From positions 1 to 64,000 of the forward strand of contig JBBQXJ010000007.1 of NCBI GenBank assembly GCA_038209745.1: a stretch of 64,000 nucleotides of DNA. The letters are read 5' to 3'. This DNA comes from Verrucomicrobiota bacterium. GTDB lineage: Bacteria > Verrucomicrobiota > Verrucomicrobiia > Limisphaerales > CANJSG01. The first letter of the stretch is position 1; every line of letters begins with the position of its first letter. The notes beneath the pieces were generated by a model. It saw only the letters and a list, made by a program, of their open reading frames with translations. It ran no database searches and had not been told where the DNA came from. The position numbers and the translations under genes are program-made. Shown in pieces: positions 10,239-19,835 of the stretch.

Positions 10239-10931
10239 ATGAAAGTGGACGTGCTGACCCTATTCCCTGAGATGTTTGTCGGACCTTTGGACGCGAGTAT
10301 CGTTCAACGCGCCAGAACCGGGGGAATCTTGGATCTCCGGATACACAATCTGCGAGATTACACGCACGACCGCCACAAGACAGTGGATGACCGTCCTTTT
10401 GGCGGCGGGCCCGGAATGGTTTTAAAGCCAGAACCGATCTTTGAAGCGGTTGAAAAGCTGCGGGACGAGCGCACGCGGGTGATCCTTATGACCCCGGCTG
10501 GACGCCCATTCAGTCAGCAGATCGCCCGCGAGTTGGCGACCGAAGAGTCGCTTCTGCTCGTATGCGGAAGCTATGAAGGATTTGACGAACGGATTCGGGA
10601 ATCATTGGCCGACGATGAGATTTCCATCGGCGACTATGTTCTGACCAACGGCGCACTTCCCGCCATGGTTTTGATTGATGCGGTGACTCGGCTTTTGCCT
10701 GGAGCCTTGGGAGACGACGAGAGCTCGACCGAAGAGTCTTTCAGCGGCAAGATGCTGGAATATCCGCATTACACCCGCCCGGCGGAGTTCCGCGGAATGA
10801 AAGTTCCCGAGATGCTGCTCTCAGGAAACCACGCGGAAATCGCGAAATGGCGCGCATTGCAGGGGCAAAAGCGCACACTACAAAGCAGACCCGATTTGCT
10901 CGGGGAAGGCACAGATGCAGACCCGAGCTAG
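10239..10931 (+). CDS. trmD: tRNA (guanine37-N1)-methyltransferase
   Basis: VLTLFPEM, VDDRPFGGGPGMV, SIGDYVL, LEYPHYTRP. Confidence 0.97.
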   Translation: MKVDVLTLFPEMFVGPLDASIVQRARTGGILDLRIHNLRDYTHDRHKTVDDRPFGGGPGMVLKPEPIFEAVEKLRDERTRVILMTPAGRPFSQQIARELATEESLLLVCGSYEGFDERIRESLADDEISIGDYVLTNGALPAMVLIDAVTRLLPGALGDDESSTEESFSGKMLEYPHYTRPAEFRGMKVPEMLLSGNHAEIAKWRALQGQKRTLQSRPDLLGEGTDADPS

Positions 10932-10982
10932 CAGACAGACAATTTTCAGACCGCCAAATAGGCCAAAAAGACTGGATTAGCC

Positions 10983-11348
10983 ATGAATCAAGCGTTACTC
11001 GACAAGATCGAAAAGCAGTTCTATCGGAAAGAACCCATCGCATTCAACGTGGGCGACACCGTCAAGGTGCACACCAAGGTCGTCGAAGGTGAGAAGGAGC
11101 GGATCCAGATATTCGCGGGAATCGTGATCGGTCGCCGCGGGCACGGTCTGAACGAGACCTTCACCGTCCGTCGCATTAGCTACGGCGAAGGCGTCGAACG
11201 TATCTTCCCTATCCATTCCCCGCGGGTTGAAAAGGTGGTGGTCGAACGCGCCGGCAAAGTTCGCCGCGCCAAGCTCACCTATCTTCGCCAGCGCATCGGC
11301 AAGAGCGCCACGCTGGTCAAGGAAATGCCCCGCAAGAGGGTCAAGTAG
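10983..11348 (+). CDS. rplS: 50S ribosomal protein L19
   Basis: [35 protein letters not shown]. Confidence 0.98.
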   Translation: MNQALLDKIEKQFYRKEPIAFNVGDTVKVHTKVVEGEKERIQIFAGIVIGRRGHGLNETFTVRRISYGEGVERIFPIHSPRVEKVVVERAGKVRRAKLTYLRQRIGKSATLVKEMPRKRVK

Positions 11349-11367
11349 GCCGCCCTTCAGTCTGTAT

Positions 11368-11400
11368 AGCGCCGGATCCTCGGGTCCGGCGCTTTTCTTT
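11368..11400 (+). terminator. Intrinsic terminator after rplS
   Basis: AGCGCCGGATCC/GGGTCCGGCGCT stem followed by a T-rich tail. Confidence 0.8.
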
Positions 11401-11468
11401 GGTCCCGAAGATGTTGCCATCGCTGCTCTTGGCGGACGGGGCTCGGTCTTGCTAATCTCCGGTCCACG

Positions 11469-12245
11469 ATGAACCGAATAGCCCGCCATTTTGTCTCCGA
11501 CCTGCTCGAATTTGCGGGCGGTGCCGCCTTGCTGGCCAAAGAAACGGTGCAGTCGCTCTTCGTAACCCGGGTCTCTTGGAACGAGGTCGTCCGGCAACTC
11601 CATTTCATCGGCGTAAAGTCCCAGTCCGTCGTCCTCATTACGGGCGCGTTCACCGGCATGGTGATGTGTGCCCAGACCTACTTCCAGTTTCACAAAGTAA
11701 AAATGGACACGGCGACCCTCGCGGTCGTTTCAGTCTCCATGGCCAGCGAACTCGGCCCGGTGCTCACCTCCCTCATGGTGGCTGGCCGCATCGGCGCCTC
11801 TATCGCGGCTGAGTTGGGAACCATGCGCGTCACCGAACAGATCGACGCGCTTCGCACCCTTGCCGCCCATCCGGTGGACTATCTTGTTGTGCCCCGGATG
11901 ATCGCGATTCTGGTCGCCATGCCTTTGCTCACGGCCGAATCAATCGCCGTTGGCATCGGCGCCGGATACATGATCGGCGTCCACCTGTTGAACATCGACG
12001 CCGCGTATCTCTGGCACAACACCGCCCACTATACCGCTCCGGTGGACATGATGATGGGCTTCACCAAATCCATCTGCTTCGGCGCGATCATTGGTCTTGT
12101 GGGCTGCTACAAGGGGCTGAGCTGCAGCCATGGAGCCGAAGGCGTGGGCAAGTCCACCACCGAGTCGGTCGTCTATGCTTCGATCACGATTCTTATCAGC
12201 AACTTCTTCCTGACGCTCGTCCTCCAGAGACTTCTCGGGCAATGA
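11469..12245 (+). CDS. mlaE: MlaE-family ABC permease
   Basis: ELGPVLT, AGRIGASIAAELGTMRVTEQIDAL. Confidence 0.93.
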   Translation: MNRIARHFVSDLLEFAGGAALLAKETVQSLFVTRVSWNEVVRQLHFIGVKSQSVVLITGAFTGMVMCAQTYFQFHKVKMDTATLAVVSVSMASELGPVLTSLMVAGRIGASIAAELGTMRVTEQIDALRTLAAHPVDYLVVPRMIAILVAMPLLTAESIAVGIGAGYMIGVHLLNIDAAYLWHNTAHYTAPVDMMMGFTKSICFGAIIGLVGCYKGLSCSHGAEGVGKSTTESVVYASITILISNFFLTLVLQRLLGQ

Positions 12246-12994
12246 TCGACGTTCGCCAACTCTCCAAACGCTTCGGCGAACAGCAGGTGCTCAAAGAGGT
12301 GGACCTCTCCATCGAGCGCGGCGACTCCGCAGTTGTCATTGGGGCCAGCGGCGGCGGTAAGAGTGTCCTCCTCAAGCACATCATCGGCCTTATGACGCCC
12401 GACTCGGGCCAAGTCCTGATCGACGGCCGCAACATCGTCGGTCTTTCGGAACGCGAGCTGATCCGTGTCCGCTCCAAGTTCGGGCTCGTTTTCCAGATGG
12501 CCGCCCTTTTCGATTCCCTGACCGTTGCCGAGAACGTCGGTTTCGTCCTGAACCGCGATCCCAAGTTGACCCGGGCCGAGATTGACCGGCGGATCGCCCG
12601 CGTCCTCGATCTTGTCGAACTGGAAGGCACCGAACAGAAGAAGCCCGCCGACCTTTCCGGCGGCATGCGCAAACGCGTCGGCATTGCGCGGGCCATCGTC
12701 TACGAGCCCGAAATCCTCCTCTACGACGAACCCACCACCGGCCTAGATCCCGTGGTCTCGGACAGTATCGACCATCTCATCATGCGCGTCTGCCGGGAGC
12801 TCAAGGGGACCTCCGTCGTCGTCACCCACGACATGCGCACCGCCCGCCGCGTGGGCAACAAGCTCTTCCTGCTGCACGAAGGCCGCATCCACGCATCCGG
12901 ACCCCCGGAGGAACTTTTTGCGTCGAAGGACCCCGTCGTTTACCGCTTCGTGAACGGCATCTCCGACGCCTCCAACGACCCCCAGATCCCATGA
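12242..12994 (+). CDS. mlaF: MlaF-family ABC ATPase
   Basis: GASGGGKS, LSGGMRKRV, YDEPTTGLDP. Confidence 0.93.
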   Translation: MIDVRQLSKRFGEQQVLKEVDLSIERGDSAVVIGASGGGKSVLLKHIIGLMTPDSGQVLIDGRNIVGLSERELIRVRSKFGLVFQMAALFDSLTVAENVGFVLNRDPKLTRAEIDRRIARVLDLVELEGTEQKKPADLSGGMRKRVGIARAIVYEPEILLYDEPTTGLDPVVSDSIDHLIMRVCRELKGTSVVVTHDMRTARRVGNKLFLLHEGRIHASGPPEELFASKDPVVYRFVNGISDASNDPQIP

Positions 12995-13971
12995 GCGAAC
13001 GTCGCACCCAGATCAAAGTAGGCCTCTTCGTAGTCCTGGGCATCACGCTGATGGCCGGCCTGCTCATCGTCTTCAGCAAATCCAAGAGCTGGCGCACCGG
13101 CCACTACGGCATCCGCCTCGTTACGGCCAATGCCGGCGGCATCATCGCCGAGTCGCCGGTCCTGATGGCCGGAGTCCCGGTTGGGTTCGTCGACCACGTC
13201 GAACTCGGCCACGGGGGCACCAACGTGACCGTCCACATCCGCGTCGACCAACGCTACGAGATCCGGTCCGACGCCGTCTTCACCATTGATTCCTCTGGAT
13301 TCCTGGGAGACCAGTTCATCTCCATCCGCCCAAGCGGAACCAATGCGAAGGTTCTTGGCGAAGGCGACACCGTCTTCTGTGCCGAGCCTTTCAACCTCCA
13401 GGAAACGGCCCGCGCCGCCGCCGGGTTCATCACCCGGATCGATGCCACCGCCGAGCGCCTGAACCAAGCCATCGTCCGCGTGGACCGACTCCTGTTGAAC
13501 GAAGAAACGCTGACCAATCTCTCCGCCACCGTCCGCAATTTCCGCGGCGCTTCCGAACGCGCCGTCGACCTCATGGACCACCTCGACGGCCTCGTCGCGA
13601 CCAATCGCGCGCCCATCGCCGAAGTTCTGACGAACCTGTTGGTCTTCTCCTCCGGCCTCACCAGCCTGACCGAATCCCTGGGCGGAGTCATCACCACCAA
13701 CAGCGCCACCCTGCACGACGCCCTGGCCAACGTCGAATCCGCCACCGCCTCCCTCAGCACCGCCGCCAAGGCCTTCGAAGGCACCGACGGAATGGTGGGC
13801 AGCCTCCTCCACGATCCGGCCCTGAAGCTGCGGACCGCCGAAGTCATGGAGAATCTCGCCACCCTCAGCAGCAACCTCAACCGCTATGGCCTCCTCTACA
13901 AACCCAAGACCGCCCTGCCCCGCCCCATGACCAACAGCTCCTTCCCCTATCCGGGGAAGTTCGGCCATTGA
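12991..13971 (+). CDS. mlaD: MlaD/MCE-domain protein
   Basis: N-terminal TM IKVGLFVVLG, SPVLMAGVPVG, GFLGDQFISI, helical tail. Confidence 0.9.
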   Translation: MSERRTQIKVGLFVVLGITLMAGLLIVFSKSKSWRTGHYGIRLVTANAGGIIAESPVLMAGVPVGFVDHVELGHGGTNVTVHIRVDQRYEIRSDAVFTIDSSGFLGDQFISIRPSGTNAKVLGEGDTVFCAEPFNLQETARAAAGFITRIDATAERLNQAIVRVDRLLLNEETLTNLSATVRNFRGASERAVDLMDHLDGLVATNRAPIAEVLTNLLVFSSGLTSLTESLGGVITTNSATLHDALANVESATASLSTAAKAFEGTDGMVGSLLHDPALKLRTAEVMENLATLSSNLNRYGLLYKPKTALPRPMTNSSFPYPGKFGH

Positions 13972-14083
13972 GCTTTCCCAACGACGCGCCCTCAACATCA
14001 ACCCGCATGAAGAAGGTGGCGGACCTTGGCCTGCCAGATTTAACAGCAAAAGAAGCAGTTCAATAACAATGCCGGGCCTCAGA

Positions 14084-14389
14084 ATGCTTACCTCCGGAAA
14101 ACAACGTGCGCTTCAATTGCGTGCAGCCGATCAGATCGCGCGACTCGCATAAACACCCAGGTCCTTGCGGAGTCTTTCACTCCGTCACGCGGAGCGAGCA
14201 ATCCCGTTCAAGGCAGTGCTGGCAAGCACCGCCACCGAGGACGACAAAAAGGACATGTCCTGTGTTGCGACCGAGATTCTTGCAGTTTTCGATGCCGGTC
14301 GATGGAGTTGGAACGACGGGACTCTTGTTTCAGACGGCGAACTTCGAAGCATCGAGCCAGACCTCATTGTTTATCGCAGAAGACAATGA
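14084..14389 (+). pseudogene. Probable degraded small hypothetical gene with in-frame TAA
   Basis: ATG 14084 and ORF 14165..14389 share a frame, interrupted by TAA at 14150-14152. Confidence 0.35.
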
Positions 14390-14630
14390 AAACGCTTAAC
14401 TGCTGGGCCTCGACATCTTGTCCGCAGTTTCGGGGAGCATTGAGCTTGGAAGCAGAGATTTCAAAGCGGACTGAGGGAGTTGGCAACCGGCTTCGGAAAC
14501 CTTGAAACTGCGCTCGCCGCCGATCCTTCGAGAGTCTTTTCGACTATTCTGTAGCCGCGCGGCCCAAGGAACCGGCCGCTACCAATGGCATTTCCCATCG
14601 CCCGCTCCTCTTCGTTGGCAGAGATCGTAG

Positions 14631-15230
14631 CTACAGCTTTTTGCAAATGCTCTGGTCCGTCACCGGTTCGAGGAACCGGAACATCGTGTCCCCGTGTTTC
14701 ATCTCCTTCCGCTCGGTCCAAACCTCCGGAATCTGGAGCGTGTCCCGCTTGGTATGGCCCAGCACAAAGAGACCGCCGTCCGCCAGGAGCTTGGGCAGCT
14801 GTGGATCGTCGAGCAGCTTTTGGGAGAAAGATTCTGAACGTTTGCCCACGTTCTTGAGACCATAGGGCGGATCCGCGAAGATCAGATCGAACGTCTGGCC
14901 CGCGTCCGCCATCTGGTGGATCGCGCCGTAGGCATCTTGCACCCGTAGATGCAGGCGCCCGTCGAGCCCGACCGACGCCGCGTTGCGTCGGATGAACTCC
15001 GCGTGCTTGGAAGACTTCTCCACCACCATCGCCGACGCGCTTCCGCGACTCAGGCACTCCAGACAGAGAGCGCCCGTGCCGCCGAACAGCTCCAATACTT
15101 TGGCGCCGTCCACCCGATCGCCCAGGCTGTTGAAGATCGCCTGCCGAACCTTGTCCGGCGTCGGCCGGACCCCGAACCCGTCCGGAACCTTCAACAGCTG
15201 ACCACCCGCCGACCCGCCAATGATGCGCAT
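14631..15230 (-). CDS. rsmD: 16S rRNA m2G966 methyltransferase
   Basis: MRIIGG, RPTPDKVRQAIFN, ELFGGTGAL, DLIFADPPY. Confidence 0.93.
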   Translation of the reverse strand: MRIIGGSAGGQLLKVPDGFGVRPTPDKVRQAIFNSLGDRVDGAKVLELFGGTGALCLECLSRGSASAMVVEKSSKHAEFIRRNAASVGLDGRLHLRVQDAYGAIHQMADAGQTFDLIFADPPYGLKNVGKRSESFSQKLLDDPQLPKLLADGGLFVLGHTKRDTLQIPEVWTERKEMKHGDTMFRFLEPVTDQSICKKL

Positions 15231-15333
15231 GCCCACAGGCTAAGAGTTCAGGACGCCTGCAATCCAGCCCACGATGTGAAACAGAATCGCGGCCCCTTCC
15301 CTTCCCCCGCCCCTCTGCTAGCTTCCGACCGCC

Positions 15334-16521
15334 ATGACGATGTTTGCCCTGAAGCACAGCGAGCTGCGCGATCTCTACGAAAAGGTCGTCGCCAACGAAC
15401 GGCTCACCGAAGCCGACGCGCTGCGCCTGTTCGAGACCAAGGATCTCAACGCCCTCGGCGCGATGGCCGATTTCGCCCGCGCCCGCAAGGTTGGCAACCG
15501 CGCCTCCTACATCGTCAACCGCTACCTCAACTACTCGAACTACTGCATCCTCAGCTGCCAATTCTGCGCTTTCAGCCGCAAGAAGCGCGACAAGGACGGC
15601 TTCGAGCTGACCGCCGATCAGATGGTCGAAAAGGCTCGTGAAGCCCTCGCCCTCGGCATCACCGAGCTGCACATCGTCGGCGGCCTCCACCCTTCATTGC
15701 CCTTCAGCTACTACACTGGTTTTCTCAAGGCGTTGAAGGCGCTCGATTCCAGGCTCCAGTTGAAGTGCTTCACCGCGATTGAAATCCTCCACCTCGCTTG
15801 GCTGGCCAAGAAGTCCGTTCGCGACACGCTCGCCGAGCTGAAAGAGGCGGGCCTCGAATCCCTCACCGGCGGCGGCGCCGAGATCTTCCGCAAGGAAGTC
15901 CGCACCGCCATCGCGCGCGGCAAGGAATCGGCCGAGGAATACCTCGATGTCCACCGCACCTGGCACCAGCTCGGCGGACGCAGCACCTGCACCATGCTCT
16001 ACGGCCATGTCGAAACGCTCGCGGACCGGGTCGATCACCTGAGCCAACTTCGCCGCCTGCAGGATGAGACCAAGGGCTTCGTCGGGTTCATCGGCCTGCC
16101 CTATCAGCCGGACAACAACGGCATTCCCGTCGAACATCCGCCCACCGGCTTCGACCAGCTCCGCACGCTCGCCGTGGCCCGGCTGTTCCTCGACAACTTC
16201 GAGCACATCACCGCCTACTGGGTCGGCATGGGGATGAAGATGGCGCAGGTCGCCCTCAGCTACGGCGCGGACGACATCCACGGCACGATCATCGAGGAGC
16301 ACATCTTCCACATGGCCGGTGCCAAAGCCCCCCAGCTCCAGACCGAGGCCGCGATGGTCAAGGCCATCCGCGAAGCCGGCCGCACGCCGGTTCAGCGGAA
16401 CACCTTCTACGAGCCGATCCAGGTCTGGGAAGAACCGCAGGCCGCCGCGATCTCGGCGAAGGAGTCGGGCGGGGATGCTGACGATCAGCGAACCAAGGAA
16501 ACCGAACTGGCGAGTGCGTGA
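15334..16521 (+). CDS. mqnE: Radical SAM aminofutalosine synthase (menaquinone futalosine pathway)
   Basis: CILSCQFC, LHIVGGLHP, HITAYWV, ALSYGADDIHGTIIEEHIFHMAGA. Confidence 0.85.
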   Translation: MTMFALKHSELRDLYEKVVANERLTEADALRLFETKDLNALGAMADFARARKVGNRASYIVNRYLNYSNYCILSCQFCAFSRKKRDKDGFELTADQMVEKAREALALGITELHIVGGLHPSLPFSYYTGFLKALKALDSRLQLKCFTAIEILHLAWLAKKSVRDTLAELKEAGLESLTGGGAEIFRKEVRTAIARGKESAEEYLDVHRTWHQLGGRSTCTMLYGHVETLADRVDHLSQLRRLQDETKGFVGFIGLPYQPDNNGIPVEHPPTGFDQLRTLAVARLFLDNFEHITAYWVGMGMKMAQVALSYGADDIHGTIIEEHIFHMAGAKAPQLQTEAAMVKAIREAGRTPVQRNTFYEPIQVWEEPQAAAISAKESGGDADDQRTKETELASA

Positions 16522-17129
16522 ATGCCGAGTTCAACAACAAATTCGGTGAACGAGACGTGTTTGGCGACACGGCGAGAGAGAGGTTCGGTTCGTGGGCCGG
16601 AGAATCTTGGCGCAAATACATCGTCTGGTCCGGCCAGCATCAATTGACCGACCTCGTCGGACTGGACGTAGCGCTCTGCGGAAACTTGGCCGACGTGGAG
16701 GAGGCCGAAGACTGGAACCACAATATCCATGCCGCCGGGCTGACCCATCTGTATTGGGATCTTCCTTACCTGCGTTCCAAGTTTTCCGATCCGGCCGTTT
16801 TCAACCTGCTGGCAGTGACCCGAAATCCCGCCGATGACCCGCGGTTTTGGAAGCCACCAGAAGGCTTCCTCTACCTAGGATCGGACCTCCTCGACGACGG
16901 CACAGGCCTCAGCGCCCTGACCAACTGCGGTGGTTTCCCTGATGTGTTTCCCAACTCCGAGATTTCGCCGCTCGGCTTGATCCCGGATTGGAACCGGGCC
17001 GTGGAGATCCAAGTCGCGCTGGCGAGGGCGCACCCGGAGGAAGCCCACGCGCATTGCGCCCTATGGTCTCTCTGGCGACATCTCGGCTCCATTCCTCCGA
17101 CTCCAACCACGAACCCATCCAACACATGA
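16518..17129 (+). CDS. Hypothetical protein
   Basis: 203-aa ORF overlapping the mqnE stop (GTGA); globular-looking, LSALTNCGGFPDVF. Confidence 0.7.
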   Translation: MNAEFNNKFGERDVFGDTARERFGSWAGESWRKYIVWSGQHQLTDLVGLDVALCGNLADVEEAEDWNHNIHAAGLTHLYWDLPYLRSKFSDPAVFNLLAVTRNPADDPRFWKPPEGFLYLGSDLLDDGTGLSALTNCGGFPDVFPNSEISPLGLIPDWNRAVEIQVALARAHPEEAHAHCALWSLWRHLGSIPPTPTTNPSNT

Positions 17130-17385
17130 CCTGGTTCGAATCAGCCCTCGACCATCTCGCAAAGTGGAAGGCGAAGGAAGCGGCCGGTCTGGGGTTCAAG
17201 GAAAAATTCAGGCAGTTATCGGCACGGAGCAGATCCTCCTCGGATTGTTGTCCAAATCAGAAGGGGTAGCCGGGCAGATCTTGAAGCACTTCAACATCGA
17301 TGCAGCACGGATGCGGAGCGATCTTTTGAAAAACAGCGTGCCGAATTACGCAACCAGGAGCACTGGGCAACAGCAGTCGGAATAG
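17126..17385 (+). pseudogene. Frameshifted Clp N-terminal repeat domain remnant
   Basis: AKEAAGLG in one frame, then IGTEQILLGLL-EGVAGQIL in the -1 frame. Confidence 0.5.
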
Positions 17386-17468
17386 AGGAAATCACGGGTT
17401 CTCGCTCAAAAGAGCCGTCGGCAAGATGACCCAAGGATACGGGAAGCCAACGGCGGAAAGCACGCCGT

Positions 17469-18458
17469 TCAGGGCGATTCGACCACCCGGAAAAATCGCC
17501 GAGGTTCGCCGGGAACGAACGGGTCGGGCAGCGTCAGCGGGCTGCCGTTACCCGGCAGCGTAGCGCTGAGATTGGTCCACATGTCGGCGGGCAATTGCGG
17601 GGTGGACTGCACCTGGTAGGCGTGGTTCGTCCGGGAACCCCACTGCAATTGGACGCCACCAAAGACCTTGGAAATAGTGACAAAAGCGAAACGGTCCGGC
17701 GGGAGCCTCACGAATTCCGACGGCGCCAACGCCACGTTGCTGATGCGCACCTCGTCGAGGCTGCCGTCGAAGTTTCGCCGGAACTGTCCATTGTCCTGTC
17801 CGCCGGGAAAGTTGCCCGCGCCGAGGTAGATCGGGTAGTCGGCCCATGCGACCGGCGTCGCGGCTCCGCTCCCGGATGTCTGCAGCGTGTAGTCCACGAA
17901 CAACTGGACCGTGTTCGTCCCGACGGGCGAATCGTGATGGAAGACCAGGGCCACATGATGCCAGAAGCCGTCTCCATAACGCGCGGCTGTCGCTCCCGCA
18001 TACAGTCCGACATTCGGTGCATAGCTCACGAATCCGTTCAGACTGCCATTTGCACCGTATTCGATGACGAAGGAACTCAGATGACCTCCCTCAACGGGCG
18101 TATGGAGCTTGTTGATCAGTTCCGCCGGATCGCTTCCATAAACGGTATACGGCTGGTTGGCCTTGAAAAACAGTTCGACCGTAAAGTCGTTCGTCAGCAC
18201 AAAGGCGGGCGAATTCGGAATGGAGCCATAGTTTCCGTCGCCGGACAGATCCAAGCCGGTGCCCAGCACGCCGGCCGAGTAGGTCGCCGAGCCGATGGTG
18301 GTGCCGTTCAGCCCGGCCGGACCGGAGTCGGTGATCTGGGCAACTGGACTTCCGTTGGTGCCGTCGAATCGATAATAGGCCACGGTCTGGGCAGTGGCGG
18401 CCAACGGAGGGAGCAACAGGGCAATTGCTGTCACGAAGCGGATCATTCTCAATTTCAT
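17469..18458 (-). CDS. Secreted LamG/concanavalin A-like domain protein
   Basis: Signal peptide, AYYRFDG, DFTVELF, WHHVALV, FDGSLDEVRISN, C-terminal domain ending RRFFRVVESP. Confidence 0.85.
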   Translation of the reverse strand: MKLRMIRFVTAIALLLPPLAATAQTVAYYRFDGTNGSPVAQITDSGPAGLNGTTIGSATYSAGVLGTGLDLSGDGNYGSIPNSPAFVLTNDFTVELFFKANQPYTVYGSDPAELINKLHTPVEGGHLSSFVIEYGANGSLNGFVSYAPNVGLYAGATAARYGDGFWHHVALVFHHDSPVGTNTVQLFVDYTLQTSGSGAATPVAWADYPIYLGAGNFPGGQDNGQFRRNFDGSLDEVRISNVALAPSEFVRLPPDRFAFVTISKVFGGVQLQWGSRTNHAYQVQSTPQLPADMWTNLSATLPGNGSPLTLPDPFVPGEPRRFFRVVESP

Positions 18459-18604
18459 GGCAAGAGTTCGGTGACCTTCATTGAAAACGTTCCCGCCGGT
18501 TGGAATGAGGTAAAGGACAATTGCGGAGGTATGCCGACCCCGCGTGCCTACAAAACCGGGCATCCCAACTGTGCCCTTTGTCCGAATTGGAGGCGTTCTC
18601 TGCC

Positions 18605-19306
18605 TCAGTCCTTCTTCGCGCAACCCAGCCAGCGATAGACGCCGCCGGCCAGCACCGCGCCGAGGATCGGGGCCACCCAGAAGAGCCAGAGCTGCGTGAG
18701 CGCCCAGCCACCCACGAAGATCGCCGGACCCGTGCTGCGGGCCGGATTCACCGAGGTGTTCGTCACCGGGATGCTGATGAGATGGATGAGCGTCAACCCG
18801 AGACCGATGGCGATCGGGGCGAATCCTTTCAGAGCCCGTTCATCCGTCGCGCCGAGGATGATGATCAGAAACATGAAGGTCATGACCACTTCGGTGACGA
18901 AGCCCGCGCCCATCGAATACTTGCCGGGCGAATGTTCTCCGTAGCCGTTCGAGGCGAGTCCGGCGCTGAGATCGAAGCCGGCTTTGCCGCTGGCGATGAA
19001 ATACAGCACGCCCGCTCCGGCAATCGCCCCGAGCACCTGCGAGACGATGTAGGGCAGGAGTTCCCCGGCCTTGAACCGTCCGCCGGCCACGAGACCGAAG
19101 GAGACGGCGGGATTCAGGTGGCATCCGGAGATAGGGCCGATGGCGAACGCCATGGTGAGCACCGTCAGACCGAAAGCGAACGCCACGCCCAGCAGTCCGA
19201 TGCCGACACCGGGAAAGGCCGCCGCCAAGACGGCGCTGCCGCAGCCGCCGAGGGTGAGCCAGAAGGTTCCGAGGAATTCAGCGAATGCACGCTTTGATAG
19301 AGGCAT
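18605..19306 (-). CDS. aqpZ: Aquaporin Z
   Basis: [28 protein letters not shown] (two NPA motifs). Confidence 0.97.
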   Translation of the reverse strand: MPLSKRAFAEFLGTFWLTLGGCGSAVLAAAFPGVGIGLLGVAFAFGLTVLTMAFAIGPISGCHLNPAVSFGLVAGGRFKAGELLPYIVSQVLGAIAGAGVLYFIASGKAGFDLSAGLASNGYGEHSPGKYSMGAGFVTEVVMTFMFLIIILGATDERALKGFAPIAIGLGLTLIHLISIPVTNTSVNPARSTGPAIFVGGWALTQLWLFWVAPILGAVLAGGVYRWLGCAKKD

Positions 19307-19426
19307 AGGATAGTCCTGCGTTGAGTTGGTTTATTGGGGAACGTCCTGAACAGATCGCTCCGGAGAATGCGGGGCCGACGCCGGTTCGCAAGTCTCCCGT
19401 GGACGACATTTGCACGACCCGATTTC

Positions 19427-19782
19427 TCAAGACGCGCGGCGAAAACAGGGGCGTTCGAGAACGGAAAAACGGGGCAACTGGAGGGCTCCAACGGTCGGAG
19501 GGCCATCCTGATGAACAAGATCGCCGAAGAAATCGTGGCCTCGGTCCGTCTTCATACCGTCCGACCGTGATGGCAGGGATCCGGCCGTTCGTCTCCGCGC
19601 CGGATCCCTCGAGTCGGAATTGCCCGCTCCAAAGATCTCCAAGCAACCGAAGGCGATTCTCCAAGTGCTCGGTCGTCGCCGGGATCGGCATCCCCAAGGA
19701 AAGTCGCCGCACCGAGTGAAAGTGACGCAGCGATCAGTCCCGCCAAGGCCGAGCCAAAGAAGAAGGCGCAACGGAGGAACAT
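19427..19782 (-). pseudogene. Remnant of a secreted (probably beta-helix) protein
   Basis: Signal peptide plus GDDRALGESPSVAWRSLERA, then DRGHDFFGDLVHQDGPPTVGALQ in another frame. Confidence 0.4.
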
Positions 19783-19835
19783 TGCAGGAAACTCCAAGTC
19801 GCCTCCCCGTCGGGCGACGCAACTTGACGCCGTCG

